Shown: in pieces, positions 10,506 to 24,772 of the stretch
How positions within the stretch are numbered: the first letter of the stretch is position 1
How the letters are laid out: each line of letters begins with the position of its first letter
Position numbers and translations under genes: made by a program
Notes under the pieces: generated by a model
Databases searched by the model: none
Seen by the model: the letters and a program-made list of their open reading frames with translations, nothing else
Told to the model about the DNA's origin: nothing
Origin: an uncultured Alphaproteobacteria bacterium
GTDB taxonomy: Bacteria; Pseudomonadota; Alphaproteobacteria; Rhodobacterales; Rhodobacteraceae
Direction: 5' to 3'
Assembly: GCA_902530595.1 (NCBI GenBank)
Contig: CACAAX010000005.1
Location: 6,755-70,754, forward strand
Length of the DNA stretch: 64,000 bases

Positions 10506-11561
10506 TCAATAACTCGGCTGGAGTCTGCTAGTTTCAGGTACGGCGTTTCTCTTTGCAGGGATAGCGTATAATCTTACAAATGCTATACCCAAGTTCAATG
10601 CTGCATAAGGTCGCTTAAGTAATCCACTTACACCCTTTGACTGCTTAGCTTTTCCATAAGCTAACATAGCTTTTTTGACCCTTTTTAATCCAATCATCCA
10701 CTTAGGGTTATCGTGATCTATTTCGATAGGAAACACTTGTCTTGAAATTTCAGTAGTCATCCTTAAAACCTGATCGTCATACCAATCAATGTCTACACCT
10801 AGCGCTTTGTGGAACTCTGGTCTAGCATGATCTCTTACATACATTGTTGCATAAACGGCAACTAAAAAGAATTTTATCCAGTAAATATTAAAGCCTGATG
10901 TTAGCTTCGGATCGGATCGCATCAGCAATGCAAAAGCTTCCCCATGTCTAAATTCGTCATTACACCATTTTTCAAACCATTTAAATATTGGATGAAATCT
11001 AGAATTCGGATTCTTTTCCAGATGGCGATAAATCGTAATGTATCTAGCGTACCCTATTTTTTCCGATAGATATGTCGCGTAGTAAATAAACTTTGGAGCA
11101 AAGTATGTATATTTCTTTTTTCTTGTTAAGAAGCCTAAGTTAACAGCAATATTTGCTTCTCTTAAAGCATCATTAATAAAACCAGCATGCCTTGCCTCGT
11201 CTCTGGCCATCATAGCGAATAGTTCGCAGATATCTGCGTTACTTCCCTGTCGCTTCATCTCTTTATAAAGAACACACCCCGAAAACTCTGAGGTAAGAGA
11301 GCTGACCAAAAAATCAATAAACTCTTTCCTTAATCCTGGCTCTAAATCCTCAAAATCAAAATCGTCCCATTCTGACGTCTTCTGAAAATGTCTTTTGTTT
11401 GGGTCTGAGCGCATTTCCTCAATTAAAGGATCCCATTCATCTCTAATTGATGAAACATCAACTTTATCCAATTCTTTATAGTTTGTTGTATAAAATCTCG
11501 GGCTAATAAGAGTTTCTTCCATAGCCATATCGGTTGTATTGTCGTCAATAATAGCACTCAT
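10506..11561 (-). CDS. acsF: Mg-protoporphyrin IX monomethyl ester oxidative (aerobic) cyclase
   Basis: Di-iron carboxylate motifs DEARHAGF and DEFRHGEAF. About 350 aa. Lies within the PGC. Confidence 0.9.
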   Translation of the reverse strand: MSAIIDDNTTDMAMEETLISPRFYTTNYKELDKVDVSSIRDEWDPLIEEMRSDPNKRHFQKTSEWDDFDFEDLEPGLRKEFIDFLVSSLTSEFSGCVLYKEMKRQGSNADICELFAMMARDEARHAGFINDALREANIAVNLGFLTRKKKYTYFAPKFIYYATYLSEKIGYARYITIYRHLEKNPNSRFHPIFKWFEKWCNDEFRHGEAFALLMRSDPKLTSGFNIYWIKFFLVAVYATMYVRDHARPEFHKALGVDIDWYDDQVLRMTTEISRQVFPIEIDHDNPKWMIGLKRVKKAMLAYGKAKQSKGVSGLLKRPYAALNLGIAFVRLYAIPAKRNAVPETSRLQPSY

Positions 11562-11854
11562 AGAGAAACCTCCTCTGAAAACGAAAACTCACAGATTTCC
11601 ATAAATTCTAATTTGCCAATCATTCTAGTCCAAAGTCTCTCCAAATGAGTGGCTCTAATAATTGTAGCCTCCCTATCTTCCGTGATTACTTCTCCGTAGG
11701 GTGCTTTTACGGCATCACCATGGACGATAACCTCATCGCCTGGATTAACGATCGCACCGTTATTAAATCTTACATGCGCGTGTAAAGACTCAAAAGTATT
11801 GGATACTTCGATTGTACACGGCGCACGATCTCTTTTTTTCCTAAAAAAACTCAT
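11558..11854 (-). CDS. small conserved PGC protein upstream of acsF (BciE-like candidate cyclase accessory subunit)
   Basis: 98-aa ORF taken from MSFFRKK. A GGGGGA Shine-Dalgarno lies 5 nt upstream. Its stop overlaps the acsF start (ATGA). Its position between puhC and acsF matches the small gene that alphaproteobacterial AcsF needs. Assignment is by synteny only. Confidence 0.4.
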   Translation of the reverse strand: MSFFRKKRDRAPCTIEVSNTFESLHAHVRFNNGAIVNPGDEVIVHGDAVKAPYGEVITEDREATIIRATHLERLWTRMIGKLEFMEICEFSFSEEVSL

Positions 11855-11864
11855 TTTTCCCCCT

Positions 11865-12317
11865 TTAAAAAATTGATAAAAATAGTTTACTATTTTTACT
11901 ACCAAAACTCGTTACATTTAAACTCCAACTTGCTTTGCTATCCTCTAGCGATATCCTACCAGAGGCAAACCTTTTGATTTCGATCTGGTAAGAATCTAAT
12001 AATTCAAGCCCTACCTTCTTTCTATTATACTCTAATCCAGTCATAATAACCGATAAAAAGCCACTCTTACCATCGTTTGAATTTAGTAGTTCTTCATTTT
12101 GTAAATTTGCTATTGATACTGACCCATCGGTTAGCTTTGCCAATATCAAATTTTCTTTCTCCAAAATTTCTATCTTCTCAGGCACATCAAATTTATTTCC
12201 AGGAAATAAAGATGCTGAGAATACAACCAACAAGGACAGCATTACCATAATAGAAATGGCATATAGAAACCCTTTTGGCACCAAATCATCCTTTCTATGC
12301 TTTGTTGTATCTCGCAT
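11865..12317 (-). CDS. puhC: PuhC-like RC-LH1 assembly protein
   Basis: 150 aa with a single N-terminal transmembrane helix, immediately after puhB. Call rests on synteny. Confidence 0.65.
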   Translation of the reverse strand: MRDTTKHRKDDLVPKGFLYAISIMVMLSLLVVFSASLFPGNKFDVPEKIEILEKENLILAKLTDGSVSIANLQNEELLNSNDGKSGFLSVIMTGLEYNRKKVGLELLDSYQIEIKRFASGRISLEDSKASWSLNVTSFGSKNSKLFLSIF

Positions 12318-12956
12318 CTACACGCCTTGCTCTATTTGAGACTTGAGATCTGAATTACTGGTGGGTGTTTGAAGACTTATCGTCCCTGCCATTACCGATT
12401 TTCTTAAAATGGTAGCAACCTCGTCTACCTCTTCTATACAAGAAAAAGCAGGCTCGGTGTTTTTGAGTTTCCAAGGCCGCACACTCGGCCAACATGAAAT
12501 ATAGGGAACCCTCTTTCCAGAACTTAATTCAAAGGAAATTATTCCTAAAGACCCCTTACGTTTCTGCAAATTTACTGCTTTTATTTTTTTAAATGGTATA
12601 GAAATTAGAAAAGATAAGGCGGCTCCACTTTTTATTATTACTCTATTTTCGGTGATAATATATACCGAACTTTGAGATTGTATTCCTGCGAGAGCCATGA
12701 GTATAATCGAAGCTAAAATACCGCTTGAAAGAAAGGGTAGGAAGTCAATTGCAAAAGCTGTATAGAAATCAGTAACGGTCAATCTCGCAGCGAAAACGAC
12801 TGAGAGTATTATCAAATAAAAAGCTAAAAGCTTTAATCCGAAAAAATACCAAGAAAACCCCCAAAAAGAGGGTTTTCCTTTCCACAGAATACTTTCGCCT
12901 TCTGGAATTGCATCCAAAATATTTTTATGCGCTTCTAATTTAGTTTTATATTCCAT
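12318..12956 (-). CDS. puhB: PuhB-like photosynthetic complex assembly protein
   Basis: 212 aa with transmembrane segments, immediately downstream of puhA. Call rests on synteny. Confidence 0.65.
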   Translation of the reverse strand: MEYKTKLEAHKNILDAIPEGESILWKGKPSFWGFSWYFFGLKLLAFYLIILSVVFAARLTVTDFYTAFAIDFLPFLSSGILASIILMALAGIQSQSSVYIITENRVIIKSGAALSFLISIPFKKIKAVNLQKRKGSLGIISFELSSGKRVPYISCWPSVRPWKLKNTEPAFSCIEEVDEVATILRKSVMAGTISLQTPTSNSDLKSQIEQGV

Positions 12957-12965
12957 TACTTCTCC

Positions 12966-13736
12966 CTAAAATGCAGATACCAATCGGTCATAAGAGGCAT
13001 AGAGTTGGCCACCGCTGTAATAAGCAGAGATCTTATCCTCTTCTAACATCGTAACTTTAGTCTGAGCTTTTGTTCTTGGCACTTTTGGGAAATGTTTCCC
13101 ATAAAGAGTGTTTACATGAACGCCGTCGCTCCGAATTAGTGCTAGCGGCATGGGTAATAAACATGATGTTTTATCTTTCAACTCTATTTCGAGATATCTA
13201 ACGAGCTGTTCTGGTGCATCCACCCAAAGATCTGAAATTTTACCGACAATTTTTTTGTCAGCTGATATAACGTTCATACCGCGTGGATCTTTTCCTGCTG
13301 ATACTTCGTATTTTTTCAATGTTCGCATGGGCACTATTTTGGGCTTACCATGTCCATCCAGTTCAGGAACATCTCTTCGCTCAGCCCAAGCTGCGGCGCC
13401 TATGCCATCCGCCATTGGATTTCCAGTAGGCGAAAATGGTGATCCACCTGCAATGTTTTCCCTCTTAATAGACAATTTTCTTTTTTCTTTTCCATTTTCT
13501 GGAACAGTAATGCTACCCCTACCGTGTGGCAGTTTAAATGTCTTTGTCTCTGATGGACCTCCATAGGGTCCTTGATTAGCGCTAAGATCACCCTCCTCAT
13601 TCTCTAAAGGATACCCTTCTCTCATATTCTCTCTTTGCAGATATATAACTAAGCCTGCAAAAAATAGCCAAAATGCATAGAGGGAAATTTGTGCCAAATC
13701 TACATTCCCAAAAAATATTACGTTATAAGGTTCCAT
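12966..13736 (-). CDS. puhA: photosynthetic reaction centre H subunit
   Basis: 256 aa. Single N-terminal transmembrane helix (LAQISLYAFWLFFAGLVIYL), then a cytoplasmic PRC-barrel-like domain. Sits in the lhaA-puhA-puhB order. Confidence 0.85.
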   Translation of the reverse strand: MEPYNVIFFGNVDLAQISLYAFWLFFAGLVIYLQRENMREGYPLENEEGDLSANQGPYGGPSETKTFKLPHGRGSITVPENGKEKRKLSIKRENIAGGSPFSPTGNPMADGIGAAAWAERRDVPELDGHGKPKIVPMRTLKKYEVSAGKDPRGMNVISADKKIVGKISDLWVDAPEQLVRYLEIELKDKTSCLLPMPLALIRSDGVHVNTLYGKHFPKVPRTKAQTKVTMLEEDKISAYYSGGQLYASYDRLVSAF

Positions 13737-13760
13737 TTGATATTCTCCTGACTTTCATGG

Positions 13761-15206
13761 TTAAGTTGGCATTTCTGAAAAACCAAATTTTCCCAATTTT
13801 TTTCTATCGAGCTTTAGACTAGACAGATACTGAGAAAGAGGTCCCAAAAAAGCTAATGTTAAAAATAGAAGGAAGATTTCTAAATGATACACAACTAAAT
13901 ACGAAAATGCTGCGTTAGAAGAGACAACTAAGTTCAAGCCCTCCGAACCAACAATTGACCTAGAAATGTCATTTAAAATTCCACCTAAACCTATGCCCAA
14001 GCCAGCGGCCGTTGCCTGGGCTGCCCCCCATGAACCGAGAACAAGACCTCGTCCCGTTCCCTTTGAAATAGGTATGGTCATTGCAATAATCAAAGTCGAC
14101 ACTGCAAATAAACCAGTACCCAAACCAATTAAAAATGACCCAAAAAAATAAAGTGAAGCTAAGTTCATTGGGTCAGACATAATTACGGAACATAGCCCAC
14201 CAATAGCAATAAAAAGTGCAAAAACTATTGATTTAATTGGCCCTCCTTTTTTTCTTTTTAGGGACCTAGAGGCTAAAAACAATCCAACTAGAGCTCCAAA
14301 AACCCATACTGCAGTAAGATTTGTGGTAGCTGCAACACTCAATCCCAATATTTCCCCACCATATGGTTCTAGCAAGATATCTTGCATTGAGAGACCTAAA
14401 GTTCCGAAGAATACAACTAATAGCAAACCTCGCCCTCCCTGGGATTTAAGGAATAATCCCATTATGGGAATAAATGCAGCCTCAGTCTTGTAAATATTTT
14501 TCTTTTCTACTGGTATAAGTTTTTCTTGTCTCCAGATCGCAACTAAATTCAGCAAAAGGGTTAAAACAGCTGCTCCCTGGACAACTTGAATTAGTTTGAA
14601 CTTTGTAAAATCTGCTAACAAGAGACCAAAAGCCAAGGCAGCTAAACCCATCCCTAAAAGAAACATAACATAAAGAAGTGCAACAACCTGCGACCTTGTT
14701 TTATCCGTTGCCCTATCAGCTGCTAAAGCTAATCCCGCCGTTTGAGTAAGATGTGCGCCCATTCCGGCAGCCAAAAATGAAAAAGCTACTAAAATATGCC
14801 CAGCCCACCATGGACCCACTGTTTGATCACCTGATAGAACAATTATTGAAAATGGCATAACTGCCAGCCCACCAAACTGCCACATTGTTCCATACCAGAT
14901 ATAAGGCATTCTCTTCCATCCAATAAGCGATCTATGATTATCAGACTTAAATCCCAAAACAGCTCTCAAAGGAGCCAATAATATAGGAATAGCTACCATG
15001 GTTGCAACCAATGAAGCTACGACACCTAACTCCACGATCATTACTCGATTAAGGGTGCCAACCAATAAGACAGTAGCTATTCCCACAGATACTTGAAATA
15101 ATGAAAGTCTCAGCAAACTCGACATTGGTAGCTCGCTCGACACGGCATCAGAAAATGGTAATAGTGAACTACTTAGCTCTTTTATCATTTTTTTTGACAT
15201 AATCAT
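13761..15206 (-). CDS. lhaA: LhaA, PucC/BCD-family MFS protein for LH1 assembly
   Basis: 12-TM PucC-family protein between bchM and puhA. I chose the ATG at 15206 because it forms an ATGA overlap with the bchM stop. Confidence 0.8.
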   Translation of the reverse strand: MIMSKKMIKELSSSLLPFSDAVSSELPMSSLLRLSLFQVSVGIATVLLVGTLNRVMIVELGVVASLVATMVAIPILLAPLRAVLGFKSDNHRSLIGWKRMPYIWYGTMWQFGGLAVMPFSIIVLSGDQTVGPWWAGHILVAFSFLAAGMGAHLTQTAGLALAADRATDKTRSQVVALLYVMFLLGMGLAALAFGLLLADFTKFKLIQVVQGAAVLTLLLNLVAIWRQEKLIPVEKKNIYKTEAAFIPIMGLFLKSQGGRGLLLVVFFGTLGLSMQDILLEPYGGEILGLSVAATTNLTAVWVFGALVGLFLASRSLKRKKGGPIKSIVFALFIAIGGLCSVIMSDPMNLASLYFFGSFLIGLGTGLFAVSTLIIAMTIPISKGTGRGLVLGSWGAAQATAAGLGIGLGGILNDISRSIVGSEGLNLVVSSNAAFSYLVVYHLEIFLLFLTLAFLGPLSQYLSSLKLDRKKLGKFGFSEMPT

Positions 15207-15879
15207 CTGTTTGCCAACTCCCACGCTTCTGACACATAAAAAAAGCTCTTGATTCTTTTAATTTTTGAAAGAGTATTTATTTTCAGGTCTTCTAATTGCT
15301 CTAACCGAGCCCACTCAATTGGCACGACCTCTGGCGATCTTTCAGACTTTGGAAAAAATTTTCCTAAACGCAACTTTGTCCTTAGAGCAAAGGTACTCGG
15401 TATAACAGTGAAAAGAACTGAATTATTTGCTCTGCTGGAAAAATCGTCTATCGAGGATATAACATCTTCGGTGGAGTAGTGGATCAAACTATCCATTGCA
15501 ATTATATAATCAAAGTTACCAAAGCTTTTTTCTTTCATATCTCCAGCGAAATATTCAATGTTCTTATTTAAGCTACTTCTGTTTTTAGCTACCTCTATCA
15601 ATTTTTCAGAAATATCGACGCCAACAACTTCTGCTCCTCTTTCATCTAGCATTCGTGAAAGTACCCCGGTACCACATCCAGCATCCAATATTCTTGCACC
15701 TCTTAAATCCTTGGGAAGCTTTTCGATTATTGCTGCCTGCATTTTTTCACGCCCTTCTCTAACTAATTGACGTACAAAGGAAACAGGTTCGTTCGACGTA
15801 AGCTTATCCCAAGCATCACTGGATACTTCATTGAAATAATTTTCTAGTCTTGCTCGTTTAGCAAGATAAGTATTTTGCA

Positions 15880-15880
<1 letters not shown>
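15203..15880 (-). CDS. bchM: Mg-protoporphyrin IX O-methyltransferase
   Basis: SAM-binding motif ILDAGCGTGVLS. About 225 aa, following bchL. The ATG at 15880 overlaps the bchL stop by 1 nt (TGATG); the track start at 15883 is a TTG. Confidence 0.85.
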
Positions 15881-16797
<917 letters not shown>

Positions 16798-19700
16798 TTA
16801 TTCTGCTGCAAGGCCTACACCTTCAACTTTATCTTCCAATTCGTCAGCACCTTTTCTTAATGCATCAAGCGTATCTTGATCTGGTTGCCAATACTCTCTT
16901 TCATGCGCTTCAAGCAGTCTATTCGCCACCCTAAGACTGGCCATAGGATTTAGTTCCGACAGCTTTCTTCTCATCTCCTCATCTAAAACAAATGTTTCAG
17001 AAAGTTGATCATAGAGATCAGGATCAACTTGCCCGGTGGTCGCAGACCAACCTAATGTGTTGGTAATTTGAGCTTCAATTTGTCTAACACCTTCATGACC
17101 ATGTTGAAGAAGAGGCTCAAACCATTTTGGGTTCAAAGACCTGGTTCTAGTTTCTAAATTAATTTGCTCAGATAAGGTCCTTACTGCTGCATCACCTCTG
17201 GTTTGATCTCCTATATAAACCGGAATTGCATCTCCTCCATTTGCTTTTTTTACAGCTCTGCTTATTCCACCAAGTGTATCAAAATAGTGATCTATAGTTG
17301 TTACACCCAATTCGACACTTTCTAAGTTTTGATAAGCAAAATCCACTTTTTTCAAAGCAGACGAAAGTAGTTCAGACTGTTTAGTACATTTCCCATCCAA
17401 GCCATAGGCAAATCCTTTTCTGTTGTTAAAAGTATCGGCCAGCTCTTCCTCATCATCCCACGAAGAAGTATCAATTAGGTGACTCACATTTGAGCCATAT
17501 GCACCCTCCGCATTTGAAAAAACTCTGAGTGCAGCTGACTTGATATCAATGTTCATCTCTTTTTGATGTTTTAAAGTATTTGCTCTGATAAAATTCATAT
17601 CCAAGGGTTCTTCTACGAGAGAAGCCTTATAAGCAGCACTAGCAAGCATTCTGACCTGTAGTGGCAATAGGTCTCTAAAAATGCCAGAGAGAGTCATTAA
17701 AACATCTATCCGCGGTCTTCCAAGATCAGATAGTGGAATAAGCTCAGCGCCACACAATCTTCCGTAATCATCAAACTTTGGCATAGCGCCCATTAGAGCC
17801 ATTGCCTGTGCTATAGATAGTCCGTCAGATTTTATATTGTCTGAACCCCACAAAACCATTGCGACAGAATTAGGATAGGTTTCGTGCTTCGACAATAATA
17901 GTTCTGCTTGCTGCTCTCCCTCTTTCATGGCAAAAAGAGAGGGCATCCTGAATGGATCAAAGGCGTGTACATTTCGTCCAGTTGGAACAATATCTGGCGA
18001 CCTAATCAAGTCACCCCCTGGAACCGGCCTAATAAATTGACCATTTAAGGCATTCATTATCCCTTTGACTTCTGTTTGCTTTTTTAACTTCTCTAAAAGC
18101 TTGCCCACTTCTTGATGATTATGACTTTCTCTAAAATATCCATCATACTCTTTTAGCTTTTCTTCGCTTAACTCTTGGCCCACAATATGTAAACCATCGG
18201 GAATTAAGGCATCCTCGCTTTCTATTATTTTTAGCCATAAATTCTCGATTGTATCGAAATCTTTAAAATTGACGAGTTTAGCCTGATCAATTATAAGATT
18301 TTCAAGCTTTTTCTTATTACCATCATCATCAGCCAGCTCTCGATATTGAATAACACTCTCTTTTAGTTCAATAAGACCTTTATAGAGACCTGCTTTTGCA
18401 AGAGGTGGAGTAAGATGGGATATTACAACGGCATTTGTTCTTCTCTTAGCTAGTGAAGCCTCAGAAGGATTATTTGCTGCGTATAGGTAAATATTAGGAA
18501 TATCACCTATTAATCGATCAGGCCAACACTTTGAGCTAGACCCAACTTTTTTTCCTGGCATAAATTCCAAAGCACCATGCATCCCAAAATGCAAAAACGC
18601 ATCAACATTAAAGCCATTCCGCATCCATCTATAAAACGTAGAAAAAGCATGCGTAGGAGCAAAGCCTTTTTCAAATAATAATCTCATTGGGTCTCCTTCA
18701 TACCCAAACGTCGGCTGAATACCCACTACTATGTTCCCAAGCTCTTTCCCAAGAATGAAAACACCTGTGCCATCTGACTGAATCTTTCCCGGAGCTGGTC
18801 CCCATACTTCCTCTATTTCCTTCAAATATGGTTCATTTTCAACTATTTCAGCACTACCAACACGCTCAATTACATTCGCTTCTTGACCGTACTTTCTCGA
18901 ATTTCCATCCAAGACGGCTTCTCTCAAATCGTTGGTAGAATTAGGAAGTTCAAGTTGGTAACCTTCGTTTTTCATTGACTTTAGTACATTGTATAAGCTC
19001 TCGAATACGCTCAAGTAAGCAGCGGTTCCAATAGAACCAGCATTAGGAGGGAATCCATATAAAATAATTCCTACTTTCTTTTCCGAGTTTTCTTTTTTCT
19101 TAAGTTTAACTAGTCTGCGAGTCTTTTCGGATAAGCTTTTTATCCTTTCATAGCAAGGAACCATATCGAATGCTTTCTCGTTACCAGTTCTTAATTGCAC
19201 GCAGCAACTACAGCCTCCTTCTTCACCCAATCTTCCTCCAAAAACTGTTGGGTTAGTTGCTCCGTCTAACTCTGGTAAAGACACTAAAATAGTTGTCTCT
19301 ATTGGGTTGAGTCCACTATCACTTTTATCCCACTGATTAAGGTTCTGGAACTCTATGGCATGCGCCGCAATGTAGGGTACATCTAACTCAGCTAAAGCTT
19401 CCTCCGCAGCTTTACTACTATTGTATGCCGGTCCGCCAACCAAACTAAACCCTGTCAGAGATAGAAATGTGTCGATTGATGCCTTGGCATTTCTTACAAA
19501 ATATTTATTAATTGCTGGTCTAGCATCTAAACCTGCGGCAAACGCTGGAATAACCTTTAAACCCTGTGCTTCTAAACTTCTTATAACTTGATCATAATGT
19601 GCGGTATCTCCAGAGAGAACATAGGATCTCATTAAAAGAAGACCTACAGTACCTATTGAGTGTTTTGGAAAAGGGATTTCTGAAATATTTTCAGTAATAT

Positions 19701-20362
19701 TCTTCGGTATATCGGGATGATAGAGGCCTGTTTCAGGATATTCAACAGGAGATTTAATCTCGACCCTTATACTACTATCAAGTGAGCTATATCTCGACAA
19801 TAAATAGCAAAAAAGACTCTCAATATTTTCTTCAGATCCTGCCAACCAATATTGCATGGATAAGAAATAGGCTCTCAAATCCTGAGCTTTCCCAGGTATA
19901 AATTTCAAGACTTTCGGGATCTGGCGAAGAATAGCCATTTGCTTTTCTCCACCAGTAACTTTATTTTTATCTCCTCTAAGTTTTTTCAAAAACTTTAGCA
20001 CTCCTGAGGAGGGTTTGGACATATCTAAGCCACCCATTTTTGTAAGATTTACAATTTCTTTTGATGAGACTAGTCCAAGCATAAGATCACACTTTTCCCT
20101 GGCTTTTTTCAAATCTGGAAGAATCGCTGAAATATGGTCCTCCAAAAAAACTAAAGTGATAAGAACCATATTTGCCCTTGCAAGATCCTCCTTCGTTTTA
20201 AGCAAACTACTTGGATCTTCTTCCCAGGATGCTGCTGCGTGAACAATTATCTCTAGCTCAGGATAAATTTTTCTAAATCTGCTCTTTATTCGTTCTACTG
20301 AACCAATAGAATGCGCATCTAAGGTTAGCATTACTAGTGTATACGGATCTTTTTTATATGAT

Positions 20363-20373
<11 letters not shown>
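16798..20373 (-). CDS. bchH: magnesium chelatase H subunit
   Basis: CobN/BchH-family protein of about 1190 aa between bchB and bchL. I chose the ATG at 20373 ([19 protein letters not shown]), which overlaps the bchB 3' end by 11 nt. Confidence 0.9.
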
Positions 20374-23657
<3,284 letters not shown>

Positions 23658-23719
23658 ACTTACGAGACCTCTGAAATAAAGCTTTATATACTAAAAAATG
23701 GTAGCGAACCTATTCAAAG

Positions 23720-23857
23720 TGTCAACAAAAAGTTACATATTTAAAATAAATCTTTTTATTTGTTGAAAAAAGATTACATCAGAGGGAAAACAAGCGTATC
23801 GATTGCTCCACAGAATAAAATTTAAGGAACGAGGGTATGTGTAAATAATAAATTACA
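23720..23857. promoter_or_regulatory. three PpsR/CrtJ-type TGT-N12-ACA palindromes in the bchF-ppaA divergent intergenic region
   Basis: TGTCAACAAAAAGTTACA (23720-23737), TGTTGAAAAAAGATTACA (23761-23778) and TGTAAATAATAAATTACA (23840-23857), read directly from the sequence. Confidence 0.75.
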
Positions 23858-23901
23858 TAGAAATCTTGACTATTATCTCTTTAGACCTCAAACTATGTTG
23901 C

Positions 23902-24660
23902 ATGAATAACGATATACACAGCAGATTAAGTTATTCTGGGCAAGGGGGATTAGGCATACACCCTGAGAGTCTGGCAAAAATAGCTCTTAGCGAAATTGCA
24001 AACGGAAACATAGACCAAAGATTTTATAATGCCGATCTCACTTCATCAATTTTTAACTCTCTTGTAACTGATGAGCCCGAACACACAATTAAGTTGATCA
24101 GAAAAGAGCTAGATAATGGACTTGCTATACAATTTTTATTTGAAGGAATAGCCCCAATTATTGCAGAAAAATTGGGCGATTCATGGAAACAAGACATAAT
24201 GACATTTTCCGAAGTTACTGTTGCTGTAAGCAAGTTGAGACTACTTTGCCAGGAACTGGAGTCGCTATATCTTGAGCCTCAATATACTCCTGAATCAGCA
24301 CCGAAAATTTTACTTTTTACCTTAGAAGGCGAAAATCATACTTTTGGTTCTTACTTAGCTGCATTAAAATTGAAAAAAGAAAACTTTAATGCCCAAATAG
24401 CTATTGGCTATAGCGAATCAGATCTATTTAAACTTCTAGAATTTGGTAATTTTCAACTAATTGGTGTCTCAATTGGCAGTGAAACCATGGTAAATCAAAG
24501 TAATACAATTACCGATCGAATTAGAAAGAATTTCGCATTACCCATCGCGGCAGGAGGATCTTTTGTAAACCATCACAAAACGTTATCCAAGACATGCCTA
24601 GACGTCGACTTATTCCAACCGAGCCCTAAAGAAATAAAAAAATTACTGAGAGTTAATTAA
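23902..24660 (+). CDS. ppaA: PpaA/AerR-type cobalamin-binding photosynthesis regulator
   Basis: Sits between bchF (divergent) and ppsR. Carries a B12-binding-domain-like E-x-H-x-x-G motif (ENHTFG, nt 24331-24348). I preferred the ATG at 23902 over the TTG at 23866. Confidence 0.7.
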   Translation: MNNDIHSRLSYSGQGGLGIHPESLAKIALSEIANGNIDQRFYNADLTSSIFNSLVTDEPEHTIKLIRKELDNGLAIQFLFEGIAPIIAEKLGDSWKQDIMTFSEVTVAVSKLRLLCQELESLYLEPQYTPESAPKILLFTLEGENHTFGSYLAALKLKKENFNAQIAIGYSESDLFKLLEFGNFQLIGVSIGSETMVNQSNTITDRIRKNFALPIAAGGSFVNHHKTLSKTCLDVDLFQPSPKEIKKLLRVN

Positions 24661-24694
24661 AGCTCAACGGTGTAATAATTTTCTATCATAAATA

Positions 24695-24733
24695 TGTCTA
24701 AATTTGTTTACAATATGTCAAATTTAGCTTACA
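24695..24733. promoter_or_regulatory. two adjacent TGT-N12-ACA palindromes immediately upstream of ppsR
   Basis: TGTCTAAATTTGTTTACA (24695-24712) and TGTCAAATTTAGCTTACA (24716-24733), separated by 3 bp. The second ends 40 nt before the ppsR TTG start. Confidence 0.7.
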
Positions 24734-24772
24734 CTTTTTATTAAATTTGATACTAAGTCAGAGATCCCTTCA

